A stretch of DNA of 63,984 bases, counting the filler. It is 6 parts of 6 records of this genome, joined end to end, with 100 filler letters (N's around TTAATTAATTAA, not from the genome) between each part and the next. Parts side by side here need not be neighbours in the genome. Positions count along the whole stretch, not along the records: positions 26,510 to 32,880 come from SRR31147125_12419; positions 32,981 to 38,526 come from SRR31147125_12428; positions 38,627 to 55,518 come from SRR31147125_12429; 3 more parts are not named here. One strand, written 5' to 3'. Numbering within the stretch: the stretch's first letter is position 1; every line of letters starts with the position of its first letter. The translations under genes were made by a program, and so were the position numbers. Below the pieces are notes generated by a model. The model was not told where the DNA came from and made no database searches. It saw nothing but the letters and a program-made list of their open reading frames with translations. Below, piece after piece: positions 28,170 to 38,747 of the stretch.

Positions 28170-31163
28170 TTATTTGAGAAGTATCATCTTGTTTATTGCA
28201 ACAAAATCTTCAGCTTCTATTTTGTAGAAATAGATACCGGAAGGTTTATTAACAGCATTCCAGACAACTTTATACTGGCCTGCCGGAGTTGACTTTAGGT
28301 CAACAATCGTATCAACCAACTGACCCAATGAATTGAAAACAGAGATTTTGACATCCGCTGTTTTAGCAATAGAATATTCAATGGTTGTCTGCGGGTTGAA
28401 TGGATTTGGATAGGCATTTTCCAGAGCAAAAGTAAAAGGTACATTACCCAAAGATTCGACATTGGTCAGAGTACCCAATGGAGAAGCTGTTTCGTCTGTG
28501 GTACCTAAAGTATAATACATACCATCTTCAACAGCAACACCCATAAAGCTTACTACAGGACCTTCAACACCAGAAGCAGTTGCAATTGCCTCAAAGTTGG
28601 CAGTCATATCTGAACGTGCCAGTAATACATAATTATCTGCTACACCGGCATCGCTTGTCATCTCAAATGAGAAATCAACTGCCTGGTCCCATGTTTCAGT
28701 AACATCCATATACCATTCGCGGTCATATCGTGCTGCAACACCACCAGCCAGATTATCAGCAGTCTGGGATTTACCATCGTTATGGCCAAATACGGCGAAC
28801 ATTTCTTCGTTAAAGGCCAGAATGCTTGCCAAACCCTGAGATAAAAGACTGGCATCTTGTGGTAACATTTTACCAAGAGCCATACCAAAATCAAAATGGG
28901 AATTCAGTGTCAAACCACCTGACTCGCCCATATGTCCGGAGCCACCTTCTGTGTCAGCACCCCAAAGACCAGCCACGTCTACCAGTGCTGCTACAGTGGC
29001 ATCACCAACAGGCGCATAGGATACTTTAAATGAAGCAGCATTAACCAATTCAGCATCCCGGCCTTTACCACTGATATCCGCAACTTTGCCGTCGACAACT
29101 TCGTCAAAGTTCCAGTAACCAACCAATTTGTCATAGTATGGATGATCGGGAGTAACCGATTTATGACGCCATTCTTTTAATGTCTCCTTATCCAGCGCAG
29201 CATGCCAAATACGGACTTCATCAATACTTCCCGGGAATTTGGCAGGATAATTTTCGGTTCCATCCTGACCAAAAGCCAATGGGTAATTGTCCTTGTTAAC
29301 GACTGGTCCAAGCTCATTACCAGCCGTAAAGCCACCGGCAAAAAGAAGGTTTACAGAGAAATTATTATCTGTCCAGACAAAGATAGAATCATTTAGGATC
29401 CCTTCTTTTTCTCTTGTTAATGAGAATCCGACATGGTGCCAGAAACCATCATTTAATGTTGGGGGATCAAAATCGATACGTGTACGGCTTGTATCGGCAA
29501 TATTAATGTCCCATGTACCGCTCTTTCCGGCCAGGTTCCAGCCGTTGTTGCCGCCGCTATCCCAATCTTTATTAGAGAGGAAGGATGGATCACTGCTAAT
29601 ACCGGCACCGATCTGAACCCAACATTCAACCGTAAAATTCCTGTCAACAGGAATATCAAAATCATCTGAATACGGAGCTTTGGCATATTGTGTTGCTTCT
29701 GCTAATTTGAAAACGATTGTTTCTTTGGCGGGTGTATCTTCTGTGCTGAAAACATGCTCGTAACCACCAAGATTTTCGAGCTCACTAGTAGAGAGGGTAC
29801 GATTATACAGACTCAGATTTGCCACAGAAAGTTGATTATCTTCTGCGTTATCATCAGCGAAAAAGAGAACGGCATTACCCTCCGCTTTGGGAGATAAGGA
29901 CAAATCATCGTTAAATGTCAGAGCATCTTTACTCAGGAATTCATCCGTATCAGCATAAAGCAAAGCATTTGGAAGCGTATCGCCTTGAGAAACAGCCAGG
30001 GAGATTCGGTACCACTCTCCGGCTTTAACAAAGGCAGAATCAGACCATCCAATTAAAGAGGAACCGACTCTTCCTTCAGGGTTAATAAACAGATCCGCAT
30101 CATCCAGATTATCAGGATCTGTTTGGAATAGGGCGTAGAATTTTCCCAATTCGTCAACTTTAACATCCATTGAAATAGTGTAACTGTTAACTTTTGTGGC
30201 TTCCCCTGCTGCTTCGAAACCATTAGGAATGATGTTATGAGTTGCTTTGTAGTGGCTTCCGGGACCGATTGTTACAGCCGGATCCTCAGGAACCGGACCA
30301 TTCGTAGTCGAATGCTCACCAACGAGCTCCAGAGGAAAACCATTGGTGGCAGCCAAAAGATCACCAGCATCATCAAATGTCCAGTTTCCTACAGCATTTC
30401 CAAATGGAATAAAATGTCCATAGCCGCCCATAGCTTCCACTTCTTCGACAGTTAATGGACGGTCATAAATGGCCAACTGAGCAATATCAATGGCACCATC
30501 TTCGCCATCATTATCTCCGAAAAACATAACGGTATTGGTACCATCCGGAGAATCCAAAGAAAAACGATCATCAAGACTTCTTGGAGAGCCATCCTGTGTT
30601 AATTGGCCATCCAGATAGTATTTGTACTGGACACCGAGATCGGAAACAATAACCAGACGATACCAGTTTTCTGTATCTTTCACAGCATAATAAGAGTATC
30701 CGGTTGAGCCGACTCCTAAAACACCACTTGATCGCAAAAAGGATTCCCAATCATGAGCGACCGGATCACCCTGATTTCTGGCGGAATGAAAAGAATACCA
30801 CACACCTGTTACAGGGATACGAAAATCGATCACAAAAGTAAACTGATTGACTCTTGATGGAAGGGAATCCGGATGTGCCGGATCAAAACCATTGGCTTCG
30901 ATATCATGAAAACAGTTGTAATAGCTTCCGGTGGCAACATTTACAGCGCCATTACCAGCTTCTGGTCCGGGAACAGACACAAATGTTGGAGTAAGCCCTG
31001 CTAAGGCACCCTCTTCAAGATCATTACCAATTGCAGCACCAGTCAGATTAGCGGCATCATCAAAAGACCACAATCCAACAAGTCCATCTGCAGGTAATTC
31101 GCCCTGGGCAAAGGCCAGACAAGATAATAACAATAGAATTGGTAGTAGTTTCAGAACCTTCAT
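28170..31163 (-). CDS. Secreted multi-LamG (ConA-like) protein with T9SS type-A-like C-terminal sorting domain
   Basis: Signal peptide; repeated GxWxFDD...IYDRPLT, LYNRTLS and GSIDEVRIW LamG motifs; C-terminal NAYPNPFNP...SGIYFYKI...KMILLK. Confidence 0.88.
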   Translation of the reverse strand: MKVLKLLPILLLLSCLAFAQGELPADGLVGLWSFDDAANLTGAAIGNDLEEGALAGLTPTFVSVPGPEAGNGAVNVATGSYYNCFHDIEANGFDPAHPDSLPSRVNQFTFVIDFRIPVTGVWYSFHSARNQGDPVAHDWESFLRSSGVLGVGSTGYSYYAVKDTENWYRLVIVSDLGVQYKYYLDGQLTQDGSPRSLDDRFSLDSPDGTNTVMFFGDNDGEDGAIDIAQLAIYDRPLTVEEVEAMGGYGHFIPFGNAVGNWTFDDAGDLLAATNGFPLELVGEHSTTNGPVPEDPAVTIGPGSHYKATHNIIPNGFEAAGEATKVNSYTISMDVKVDELGKFYALFQTDPDNLDDADLFINPEGRVGSSLIGWSDSAFVKAGEWYRISLAVSQGDTLPNALLYADTDEFLSKDALTFNDDLSLSPKAEGNAVLFFADDNAEDNQLSVANLSLYNRTLSTSELENLGGYEHVFSTEDTPAKETIVFKLAEATQYAKAPYSDDFDIPVDRNFTVECWVQIGAGISSDPSFLSNKDWDSGGNNGWNLAGKSGTWDINIADTSRTRIDFDPPTLNDGFWHHVGFSLTREKEGILNDSIFVWTDNNFSVNLLFAGGFTAGNELGPVVNKDNYPLAFGQDGTENYPAKFPGSIDEVRIWHAALDKETLKEWRHKSVTPDHPYYDKLVGYWNFDEVVDGKVADISGKGRDAELVNAASFKVSYAPVGDATVAALVDVAGLWGADTEGGSGHMGESGGLTLNSHFDFGMALGKMLPQDASLLSQGLASILAFNEEMFAVFGHNDGKSQTADNLAGGVAARYDREWYMDVTETWDQAVDFSFEMTSDAGVADNYVLLARSDMTANFEAIATASGVEGPVVSFMGVAVEDGMYYTLGTTDETASPLGTLTNVESLGNVPFTFALENAYPNPFNPQTTIEYSIAKTADVKISVFNSLGQLVDTIVDLKSTPAGQYKVVWNAVNKPSGIYFYKIEAEDFVAINKMILLK

Positions 31164-31377
31164 TTTTGTTCTCCTAATTTAAATTTTTGTTAGTGCGAAC
31201 TAGAAAACTACTGAAAAACCTACTTTTACCCTCCTTTCTTTAAAAATATTCATGAACAAGAATTGAAATTTTATAAATCATTACTTTCAGGATTTACAAT
31301 GGATTTTACTGAAAGTAATGATTGTTGTGTTTCGGTTGTCTCAATTCTTACAAAATGACGCTTCTTTTTAAATGCAG

Positions 31378-32433
31378 CTAAAATACAAATCCAATGGAAA
31401 ATCGATGGCTATTTTCTAAAATGCCCCAATCAGTAAAGGCATAATCTATTCGATAGCCAATACTACCGGGTTTTTGATAATCAACACCGCCGCCAAAGGT
31501 GACTCCGTTGATATGGTCTTTTTCAAACATATTTTCATAACCGCCGCGAATAAAGAATGTACCTCCCAAACCATATTCGGCGCCAACATTGACACTTTCT
31601 GTCGAATTACTTGGGTGATTTAAATCCATTGTGACAAGAGCGCTTCCCAATCTGCCCAGCCTGGCTTCATAACTGATACCAAATCGAAATAACAATGGAA
31701 GAGGATAAGTACCGGTTTTATAACTAACCGGTACTCTATCCACATTTTCGTGATCTATATCAGGATCGACAGTCGTATCCAGATTTCTTCCATATAAACC
31801 AATTTCATTACCAAAATTACTCATACTTATACCAACTTTTAAGCCCTTGACCATGGTATTATAAAAAATGCCTAAATCCAGAGCGAGTGCATGACCCGTC
31901 TCACTCCAGATTCGCTGGCTTATATATTTACCACTCATACCAAAAGAAAATCGATCGGTCAAAGCCAGGGCATAAGTTAAAGCCACTTCGTAATCCCGGG
32001 CGCTGTATGTTTCTCCTGTTCCTTCCGGTCTTTCAACAGTCCGAACCGGTTGCTCACCGTATTCCAGATTATTGAAACTGATACCGAATGAAGAGGTAAA
32101 CAGAGGTAAAGGAAACACAACGGCCACAAAATCATGTTTTGTGTCGACCAGCCATTCGTTGTGCATAACTTCAACCTGCATTCCATTTAACCAAACAATA
32201 CCTGCAGGATTATAATAAACAGCTGTAGGATCATTCGCCACAGCTGCATAGGCGCCACCCATGGCCATAGCCCGGGCTCCAACGCCTATTTCCAAAAATG
32301 TTGCGGCATTCGTACCGATTCCGGATACTTCTGTCTCGTATTGCGCAGAGAGTGTACCTGATAAACACAGAACCAGCCCCAAAACGAGAATTATTTTCAC
32401 ACTTTTCATATTTTTACCTATCATTGTTTTCAT
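31378..32433 (-). CDS. PorV/PorQ-family (UPF0164-like) outer-membrane beta-barrel
   Basis: FLEIGVGARAMAMGGAYAAVANDPTAVYYNPAG; terminal HRFSIGFVF. Confidence 0.85.
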   Translation of the reverse strand: MKTMIGKNMKSVKIILVLGLVLCLSGTLSAQYETEVSGIGTNAATFLEIGVGARAMAMGGAYAAVANDPTAVYYNPAGIVWLNGMQVEVMHNEWLVDTKHDFVAVVFPLPLFTSSFGISFNNLEYGEQPVRTVERPEGTGETYSARDYEVALTYALALTDRFSFGMSGKYISQRIWSETGHALALDLGIFYNTMVKGLKVGISMSNFGNEIGLYGRNLDTTVDPDIDHENVDRVPVSYKTGTYPLPLLFRFGISYEARLGRLGSALVTMDLNHPSNSTESVNVGAEYGLGGTFFIRGGYENMFEKDHINGVTFGGGVDYQKPGSIGYRIDYAFTDWGILENSHRFSIGFVF

Positions 32434-32436
32434 TCA

Positions 32437-32880
32437 CTATTTAATGACAGCTAACTTGCCTCTTTTTGTTCCGATACCTGGAGCATCCACAACCCAGAAA
32501 TAGATGCCATGAGTAATTTCAAGGCCATCTTTGGTTCGCAGATCCCAGACTTCTCTGGCATTATTTTCTACCGAATCGTGCTCTAATTCACGAACAAATC
32601 GTCCGGAAGCAGTAAAGATGCTAATCGTACATTTTTGTGGCAGATTGACAAAATCGATCCGGCGATCTCCCCGCCCTTCATCTAAATTAACAACCTTGCG
32701 TTCAAGTCCGCTGACAGCAATGTATGGATCCGGCACGGTATAAATATTATCCAGATCATTTACAGCTTGCTCAATGGATATCTCATTACCGGTCATAGTA
32801 AATTCAAAGACATCATTTCTATCAAACGCTTTTTTATTGATGACCTTCATGACATCACCTTCTTCCGGCAACACCATTCG
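32437..32880 (-). CDS. C-terminus of a large secreted FCB-type protein (5'-truncated)
   Basis: VPDPY...IDFVNLP..CTISIFT.SG..V...WDL.TKDG.....GIY.......GKLAVIK sorting-domain pattern. Confidence 0.75.
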   Translation of the reverse strand, partial: RMVLPEEGDVMKVINKKAFDRNDVFEFTMTGNEISIEQAVNDLDNIYTVPDPYIAVSGLERKVVNLDEGRGDRRIDFVNLPQKCTISIFTASGRFVRELEHDSVENNAREVWDLRTKDGLEITHGIYFWVVDAPGIGTKRGKLAVIK

Positions 32881-32980
32881 NNNNNNNNNNNNNNNNNNNN
32901 NNNNNNNNNNNNNNNNNNNNNNNNTTAATTAATTAANNNNNNNNNNNNNNNNNNNNNNNNNNNNNNNNNNNNNNNNNNNN
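32881..32980. other. Artificial contig spacer
   Basis: N-run with TTAATTAATTAA. Confidence 0.98.
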
Positions 32981-33131
32981 AAAAAAGCACGATTGCTTTA
33001 GCATTTTTTTTCGGTGGTTGCAATCAATCTCAAATTTTTCCACGTAGTGGCGGCAAATGTAATAGCTTTATTTCGAATAAAAAAGAACTTATTTGAAATT
33101 GTTCTTAATAACCTCGCAAGTTTATTTTTGC

Positions 33132-34125
33132 TTAACCCATTAAGATAAAGTCTGCTCCTTCTTTGTATGCTTTATCTGTAAGAAAAGCTTTGATTTGTTC
33201 TCCTGCACCGCTGTTGGTTACCATAGAAACAATAAAAAAGGTGCCGGGTTTGGGAATGTCCCGGTAAAACATCGTGTTTTTTATTGCGAACGATATCAAT
33301 TCTGCCTTCAACCTGTAATCCTTCCTTTTCGAGAAAAATGCTTCGTTGACGAGTTTTTCTTCCGGCTCCCCAAATCCAAATATTCGGATGAAAGGGATTA
33401 TGTTGTTCCGACCATTTTTTGAAATATTCTGCCTTGGTTTTAAAAAATGCATCAGTAGAATAACGTTGGTCCGTTCGGGTTAAGCGGGTAGAATAATCGT
33501 GCCATTCGAGCAGTTGTTCTGGTAGTTTGGCCATTTTAACTCCTGCATCAAGATAACGCAGTTGCATCTCGTAATCTTCCGGGAAGTCGCCATCGAAACA
33601 AGTGCCCAAAGTTTCAAAAAGTTCGCGCCGAAACATGATGGTGGGATTTACAATCGGGATTTCAATAAATCGCTGCAGTTCAATTTCTTCGGGAGAATGA
33701 AAGGAGTTTACCCAATCAACAAAGCGTTTAAAGCCGGCTGTGTTTTCGTTGTGAGGAACGTATTTTACTTCGGAGCCCACAAAAGAGATTTCAGGATTTT
33801 CTTTCAGGAAAAGAAGCTGTTTTTTTAATCGTTCCGGGTGAGCAATATCGTCGGCATCCATTCGGGCAATAAATTCGCCATTGGCATTAGCAAGTCCGCA
33901 GTTCATCGCATTGGCAACACCTTTTTGTTTTTCATTTAAAATTCGAATTCGTTTATCTGTTTTTGCAAGTTTCGTGGCAATTTTTAAGCTCTTGTCGTTA
34001 GAATTGTTGTTTACCAAAAGCAGTTCATAGTTGGTGAAGCTTTGAGTTAAAATGCTTTGAGCCGCTCTTTGCAGCGTTGGTTCTGCATTGTAAAAAGGTA
34101 GTATAACTGATACTTCTATACTCAT
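33132..34125 (-). CDS. Glycosyltransferase family 2, frameshift at T6 33277-33282
   Basis: VSVILPFYN, ARMDADD and EDY motifs; true C-terminus NTMFYRDIPKPG...DFILMG lies in the adjacent frame. Confidence 0.88.
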
Positions 34126-34203
34126 TTCCCGGATCCATTAGAAATGACACTACTAAATATGTTATTGTTAGCTTGTCAGATGAGAAACTGCGGAATAATT
34201 CCC

Positions 34204-35115
34204 CTATTGTTGCTGTGTTAGTTGATGGAATACACTTTCCAGGTTTCGTTGCTTTTCTTTCAGTGTTAAAAGAATGAGCTGGCTTTTTATCGCAAAATCA
34301 AATATTGCAGGGCGAATATCCCCGTTCGTTTCGCTTTCAATTTCCCAGGTTTGGCCGTTGAATGTAGCATTTGCCACACCTTCAATGCTCATAATACTTT
34401 CTTTGCCAACTGCTCGGTTAAACTCTACCTCAACAATTTGGTTACGGGCAAGTGTTCCTGCTTTAACTTCCGATATTCCTCCGTCGGCAACAATTTTCCC
34501 TTGGTTAATTATTATCACCCGGTTGCAAACTGCCTCCACTTCCTGCATAATGTGCGATGAAAGAATTACGGTTTTTTCTTTGCTGATTTCTTTTATTAAA
34601 GCTCGTATTTCTTCCAGCTGATTCGGGTCGAGACCGGTTGTTGGTTCGTCTAAAATTAAAATAGATGGATTGTGGATAAGTGCCTGTGCCAAACCAACGC
34701 GCTGGCGATATCCTTTCGATAGTGCCCTGATTTTTTTGTGTTGCTCGCGCCCCAGACCCACCAGTTCAATCATTTCGTTAACACGCTGCTTTTTATTTTT
34801 TAGTTTATAAAAGCCGGCGGTTATTTCCAGAAATTCTTTTATGTACAAATCGGTATAAAGCGGATTGTGCTCGGGTAAATAGCCAATTTCATTTTTATAA
34901 TTTAAGTCTCCTCCCGAAACAAGTGAGCCATTTAATAAAATTTCGCCCGAAGTTTGTGGCAAGAAGCCGGTAATAATTTTCATCATGGTTGATTTTCCCG
35001 CCCCATTAGGCCCCAAAAAACCTACCAATTCGCCTTTGTTTATCGAAAAGCTAACTTCGTCTAAAGCTTTTTGTGTCCCAAATAACTTACTTATCTTCTT
35101 GGTCTCTACTGTCAT
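34204..35115 (-). CDS. gldA: Gliding-motility-associated ABC transporter ATP-binding protein
   Basis: GPNGAGKST, LSKGYRQRVGLAQA and LILDEPTTGLDPNQ motifs. Confidence 0.8.
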   Translation of the reverse strand: MTVETKKISKLFGTQKALDEVSFSINKGELVGFLGPNGAGKSTMMKIITGFLPQTSGEILLNGSLVSGGDLNYKNEIGYLPEHNPLYTDLYIKEFLEITAGFYKLKNKKQRVNEMIELVGLGREQHKKIRALSKGYRQRVGLAQALIHNPSILILDEPTTGLDPNQLEEIRALIKEISKEKTVILSSHIMQEVEAVCNRVIIINQGKIVADGGISEVKAGTLARNQIVEVEFNRAVGKESIMSIEGVANATFNGQTWEIESETNGDIRPAIFDFAIKSQLILLTLKEKQRNLESVFHQLTQQQ

Positions 35116-35173
35116 TGCAACTTTTTAGTGAAAACAAAAATAGCTGATTCTTTTTATTTTAGAAGCATAACGT

Positions 35174-35181
35174 TAAATTTG
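35174..35181 (+). promoter_or_regulatory. Bacteroidota sigmaA -7 element
   Basis: TAAATTTG (TAnnTTTG) 25 nt before ispG ATG 35206; similar elements at 33054-33061(-), 37228-37235(+), 60580-60587(-) and 63571-63578(-). Confidence 0.65.
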
Positions 35182-35205
35182 CAACTCAGCTTAACAGATA
35201 CATTC

Positions 35206-37065
35206 ATGAAAGACCGTCATTTTAATTATATCAAAGACTTAACTCAGCACCAAAGACAAGAGACAACCGAGGTAATGATTGGTGATGTGCCTGTTGGCGG
35301 TAATAATCCAATTCGGATTCAAACCATGACCGATACTAGCACGAAAGATACCGAAGCTACGGTAGAACAGGTTATTCGGGTTGTAAAGGCTGGTGCTGAT
35401 TATGTTCGTGTTACGGTAAAAAGTAATCAAGATGCTGAGAACCTGAAGAATATCAAAAAGGAATTGGTTGATCGTGGTTATAACACTCCGCTAATTGCTG
35501 ATATTCATTTTAATCCGAAACAAGCAGAACTTGCTGCAAAGTACGTTTCAAAAGTTCGGATTAATCCGGGTAATTTTTACGATAAAAGAGCTCAGTTTAA
35601 AAACAAAATATATACCGACGAAGAATATAGAAATGAGTTGGAAAATATAGAAGAGCAGTTTGTTCCATTTTTAAAAATGTTGAAGAAAACAAAAACTGCA
35701 CTTCGTATTGGTGCCAACCATGGATCGCTTTCCGACAGGGTAATGAGTCGCTATGGCGATACCCCGGCAGGAATTGCAGAGTCGGTAATGGAGTTTCTTC
35801 GGATTTGTAAGAAAGAAAATTTTAACAACGTGGTTGTTTCGATTAAATCGAGCAATACGCGTGTTATGGTTTATACCACAAGGTTGCTGAATTTTAAAAT
35901 GCGTCTCGAAGAAATGAGTTATCCTTTCCATCTTGGTGTTACCGAGGCCGGAGAAGGAGAAGACGGGCGTATTAAATCGGCTGTGGGTATTGGCGCTTTG
36001 CTTGCCGACGGAATAGGAGATACCGTTCGTGTTTCGCTTACAGAAATGCCTATTAACGAGATTCCGGTGGCAACCAAATTGGTAAATCATTTTAGAAGTT
36101 ACCAAAATCACGAGCCAATTACAGCTCCAATGATTGCACAAACAAATCCTTTTGAATACGAGCGTCGCGATACTCGCCCGGTTTTAGACATGGGCGAAAA
36201 GCAATTGCCGGTAGTTGTTGCCGACCTGGGAGAACGTAGTATGCGCGAGATGATTCCTATCAGAGGAAAACTTGTTCCTGATTATTTCTTATCGGGGAGT
36301 AAAATTCTCGATATTGAAGGTGAAGAATACCCGGTAATTACACTTGGTGAGTACTTGTTTGAGAGTACACGTTGGGGACGGATGAAGTTTATTCGTACCA
36401 GCAAAGCGGAGTTTGACCGTTTTATGGATTTGCATCCTGAAATTATTATGAAACTGAAGCAAACCCGTAAAACGGTATTGATACTCGAAAGTTTTAATGC
36501 AAATCCAATGGCCGAATTACGTGCTTTCTTTATGGCACTGGAAACTCACATCTGGAAAGTTCCTGTAATTCTGCATAGAAAATATAGCGAAGGCCGTTTA
36601 GAAGATTTGCAAATTAAAGCTTCGGCTGATTTGGGAGGTTTACTTATAGATGGTTACGGCGATGGCGTTTGTTTGTCGAACGATAACGAAAATATTACTT
36701 TCACCGAACTGAAAGACCTTAGTTTTGGTATTCTTCAGGCGAGTAGAATGCGTGTTTCAAAAACCGAATTTATTTCTTGTCCGGGCTGTGGCCGTACTTT
36801 ATTTAATTTGCACGAAACAACAAAGGCTATAAAAGAACATTTTAAACATCTCGACCATTTGAAAATTGGTATAATGGGCTGTGTGGTTAACGGGCCTGGC
36901 GAGATGGGCGATGTTGATTATGGTTTTGTAGGTACAGGAAACAATAAGGTGGTGCTTTATAAAGGATTAAAGCCCGTTAAGCGCCATATTCCGTACGAAA
37001 ATGCAGTTGAAGAGTTGGAGCAACTTCTTCGCGAAAATGGCGATTGGAAAGATCCGGTTGATTAA
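35206..37065 (+). CDS. ispG: (E)-4-hydroxy-3-methylbut-2-enyl-diphosphate synthase, long form
   Basis: PLIADIHF, RINPGN, RIGANHGSLS, HLGVTEAG, ISCPGCGRT and MGCVVNGPGE motifs. Confidence 0.97.
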   Translation: MKDRHFNYIKDLTQHQRQETTEVMIGDVPVGGNNPIRIQTMTDTSTKDTEATVEQVIRVVKAGADYVRVTVKSNQDAENLKNIKKELVDRGYNTPLIADIHFNPKQAELAAKYVSKVRINPGNFYDKRAQFKNKIYTDEEYRNELENIEEQFVPFLKMLKKTKTALRIGANHGSLSDRVMSRYGDTPAGIAESVMEFLRICKKENFNNVVVSIKSSNTRVMVYTTRLLNFKMRLEEMSYPFHLGVTEAGEGEDGRIKSAVGIGALLADGIGDTVRVSLTEMPINEIPVATKLVNHFRSYQNHEPITAPMIAQTNPFEYERRDTRPVLDMGEKQLPVVVADLGERSMREMIPIRGKLVPDYFLSGSKILDIEGEEYPVITLGEYLFESTRWGRMKFIRTSKAEFDRFMDLHPEIIMKLKQTRKTVLILESFNANPMAELRAFFMALETHIWKVPVILHRKYSEGRLEDLQIKASADLGGLLIDGYGDGVCLSNDNENITFTELKDLSFGILQASRMRVSKTEFISCPGCGRTLFNLHETTKAIKEHFKHLDHLKIGIMGCVVNGPGEMGDVDYGFVGTGNNKVVLYKGLKPVKRHIPYENAVEELEQLLRENGDWKDPVD

Positions 37066-37268
37066 GCCATTATTTTCAATTCGTTTCGGTAATTTTTCCT
37101 GTATAAGGAATGAATTATATTCAATACCTTATCTTTTCTACTAAAGAAATTATTGTGTTCATACGTTTAACTGCAGTATGGTTTCAATTGCGTATTTATT
37201 TTTCAATTTTCTTCCAAAAGCATTTTTTATCTTTGGGCTTGGTTTAAGTATAATTTAAAACAAAAATC

Positions 37269-37844
37269 ATGGCACGAACGTATTGGAAACCCGGAACTAT
37301 AATCTACCCACTTCCTGCTGTAATGGTAAGTTGCGGTGAAAATCCTGACGAGTATAATATTATAACAATTGCATGGACCGGTACCATAAACAGCGATCCG
37401 CCAATGTGTTACATTTCAGTTCGCCCCGGCCGCCATTCGTACGATATTATTAAACGTACCGGCGAGTATGTTATTAACCTTACAACCGAGAAACTGGCAA
37501 AGGCTACCGATTGGTGTGGTTGCCGCTCGGGCAGTAAATTCAATAAATGGAAGGAGATGAACCTAACTCCGGCTTCCGCAAAGTTTGTGAAAGCTCCAAT
37601 TATTGAAGAGTCGCCGGTTAATATCGAGTGTCGTGTAAAAGATATTGTTGAATTGGGTACGCACCACATGTTTATTTCCGATGTGGTTGGCGTTTCGGTT
37701 GACGATACATATTTGAATGAAAACAATGCGTTTAGTTTTTCTAAAGCTAATCCGTTGGTTTACAGTCATGGGCACTACTTTGGGATGGGGCGAAAAATCG
37801 GCAAATTCGGATGGTCGGTAGAAAAGAAAAAGCGGAAGAAATAG
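37269..37844 (+). CDS. Flavin reductase-like (flavoredoxin) protein
   Basis: YPLPAVMVSC, NIITIAWTG and ESPVNIEC...LGTHHMFI motifs. Confidence 0.9.
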   Translation: MARTYWKPGTIIYPLPAVMVSCGENPDEYNIITIAWTGTINSDPPMCYISVRPGRHSYDIIKRTGEYVINLTTEKLAKATDWCGCRSGSKFNKWKEMNLTPASAKFVKAPIIEESPVNIECRVKDIVELGTHHMFISDVVGVSVDDTYLNENNAFSFSKANPLVYSHGHYFGMGRKIGKFGWSVEKKKRKK

Positions 37845-37926
37845 TCTTCTGTCGACCAAATAGAACGGAACTTATTTGAAATAGATATTCTGGATACCTT
37901 TTCAGAACAGATAAACATGTGAGTAT

Positions 37927-38526
37927 ATGAAGAGAATTAATTTAGTATTTGTAGTAATTTTTTTAATTAATTTAGGAATGGTAAATGCACAAAATAACCC
38001 GCTGTTAGGAGAGTTTAAAACTCCGCACGAAGCAGCACCATTTGATCAGATTGAAAATGAACATTTCATGCCGGCTTTTAAAGAAACGATAAAACAGGCT
38101 GAAGCAGAAGTTGAAGGCATAAAAAACAATTCGGAAGCACCGTCGTTCGAAAATACAGTGGTGGCTCTCGATAATGTTGGTCGTTTGTTGGGCCGAACTT
38201 CGGGTGTATTTTTTAACCTGTTAAGTTCCGAAACTAACGACGAGCTACAGAAAATTGCCCAGGAAGTTTCTCCTTTGTTAACGAAGTTTCAGAACGATAT
38301 CTCGTTAGATCCTGTTCTTTTCGAAAAAGTAAAAGCAGTTTATGAAGAAAAAGAGAAGTTGACTTTAACAACAGAGCAAAAAACTTTGCTCGAAAATAGT
38401 TATGTAGGTTTTGTTCGCAAGGGAGCCAATCTTTCTGAAGCTGATAAGGAGAAATTTCGCGAAATAAGTACTGAACTATCGAAGCTTACTTTAACTTTTG
38501 GCGAGAATGTTTTGAAAGAAACAAAC
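37927..38526 (+). CDS. dcp: M3 family metallopeptidase (peptidyl-dipeptidase Dcp-like), N-terminal part
   Basis: Signal peptide; NPLL...PFDQI...PSFENT...F.R.GANL N-terminal pattern. Confidence 0.8.
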
Positions 38527-38626
38527 NNNNNNNNNNNNNNNNNNNNNNNNNNNNNNNNNNNNNNNNNNNNTTAATTAATTAANNNNNNNNNNNNNNNNNN
38601 NNNNNNNNNNNNNNNNNNNNNNNNNN
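38527..38626. other. Artificial contig spacer
   Basis: N-run with TTAATTAATTAA. Confidence 0.98.
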
Positions 38627-38742
38627 CAAAGGAGGGTTAGGGAGGATTTTATAATTATATAATAAAACCTTCCCCATCCCCTCTTTTTCTAAGAGGGGAG
38701 ATTATAATATCGTTCGAGTGAAGCGAAGCTGAATCGAGAACC
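38627..38742. repeat. REP-like palindromic elements
   Basis: GGAGGGTTAGGGAGG...CCTTCCCCATCCCCTCTTTTTCTAAGAGGGG hairpins, plus GTTCGAGTGAAGCGAAGCTGAATCGAGAAC. Confidence 0.5.
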
Positions 38743-38747
38743 TGTAA

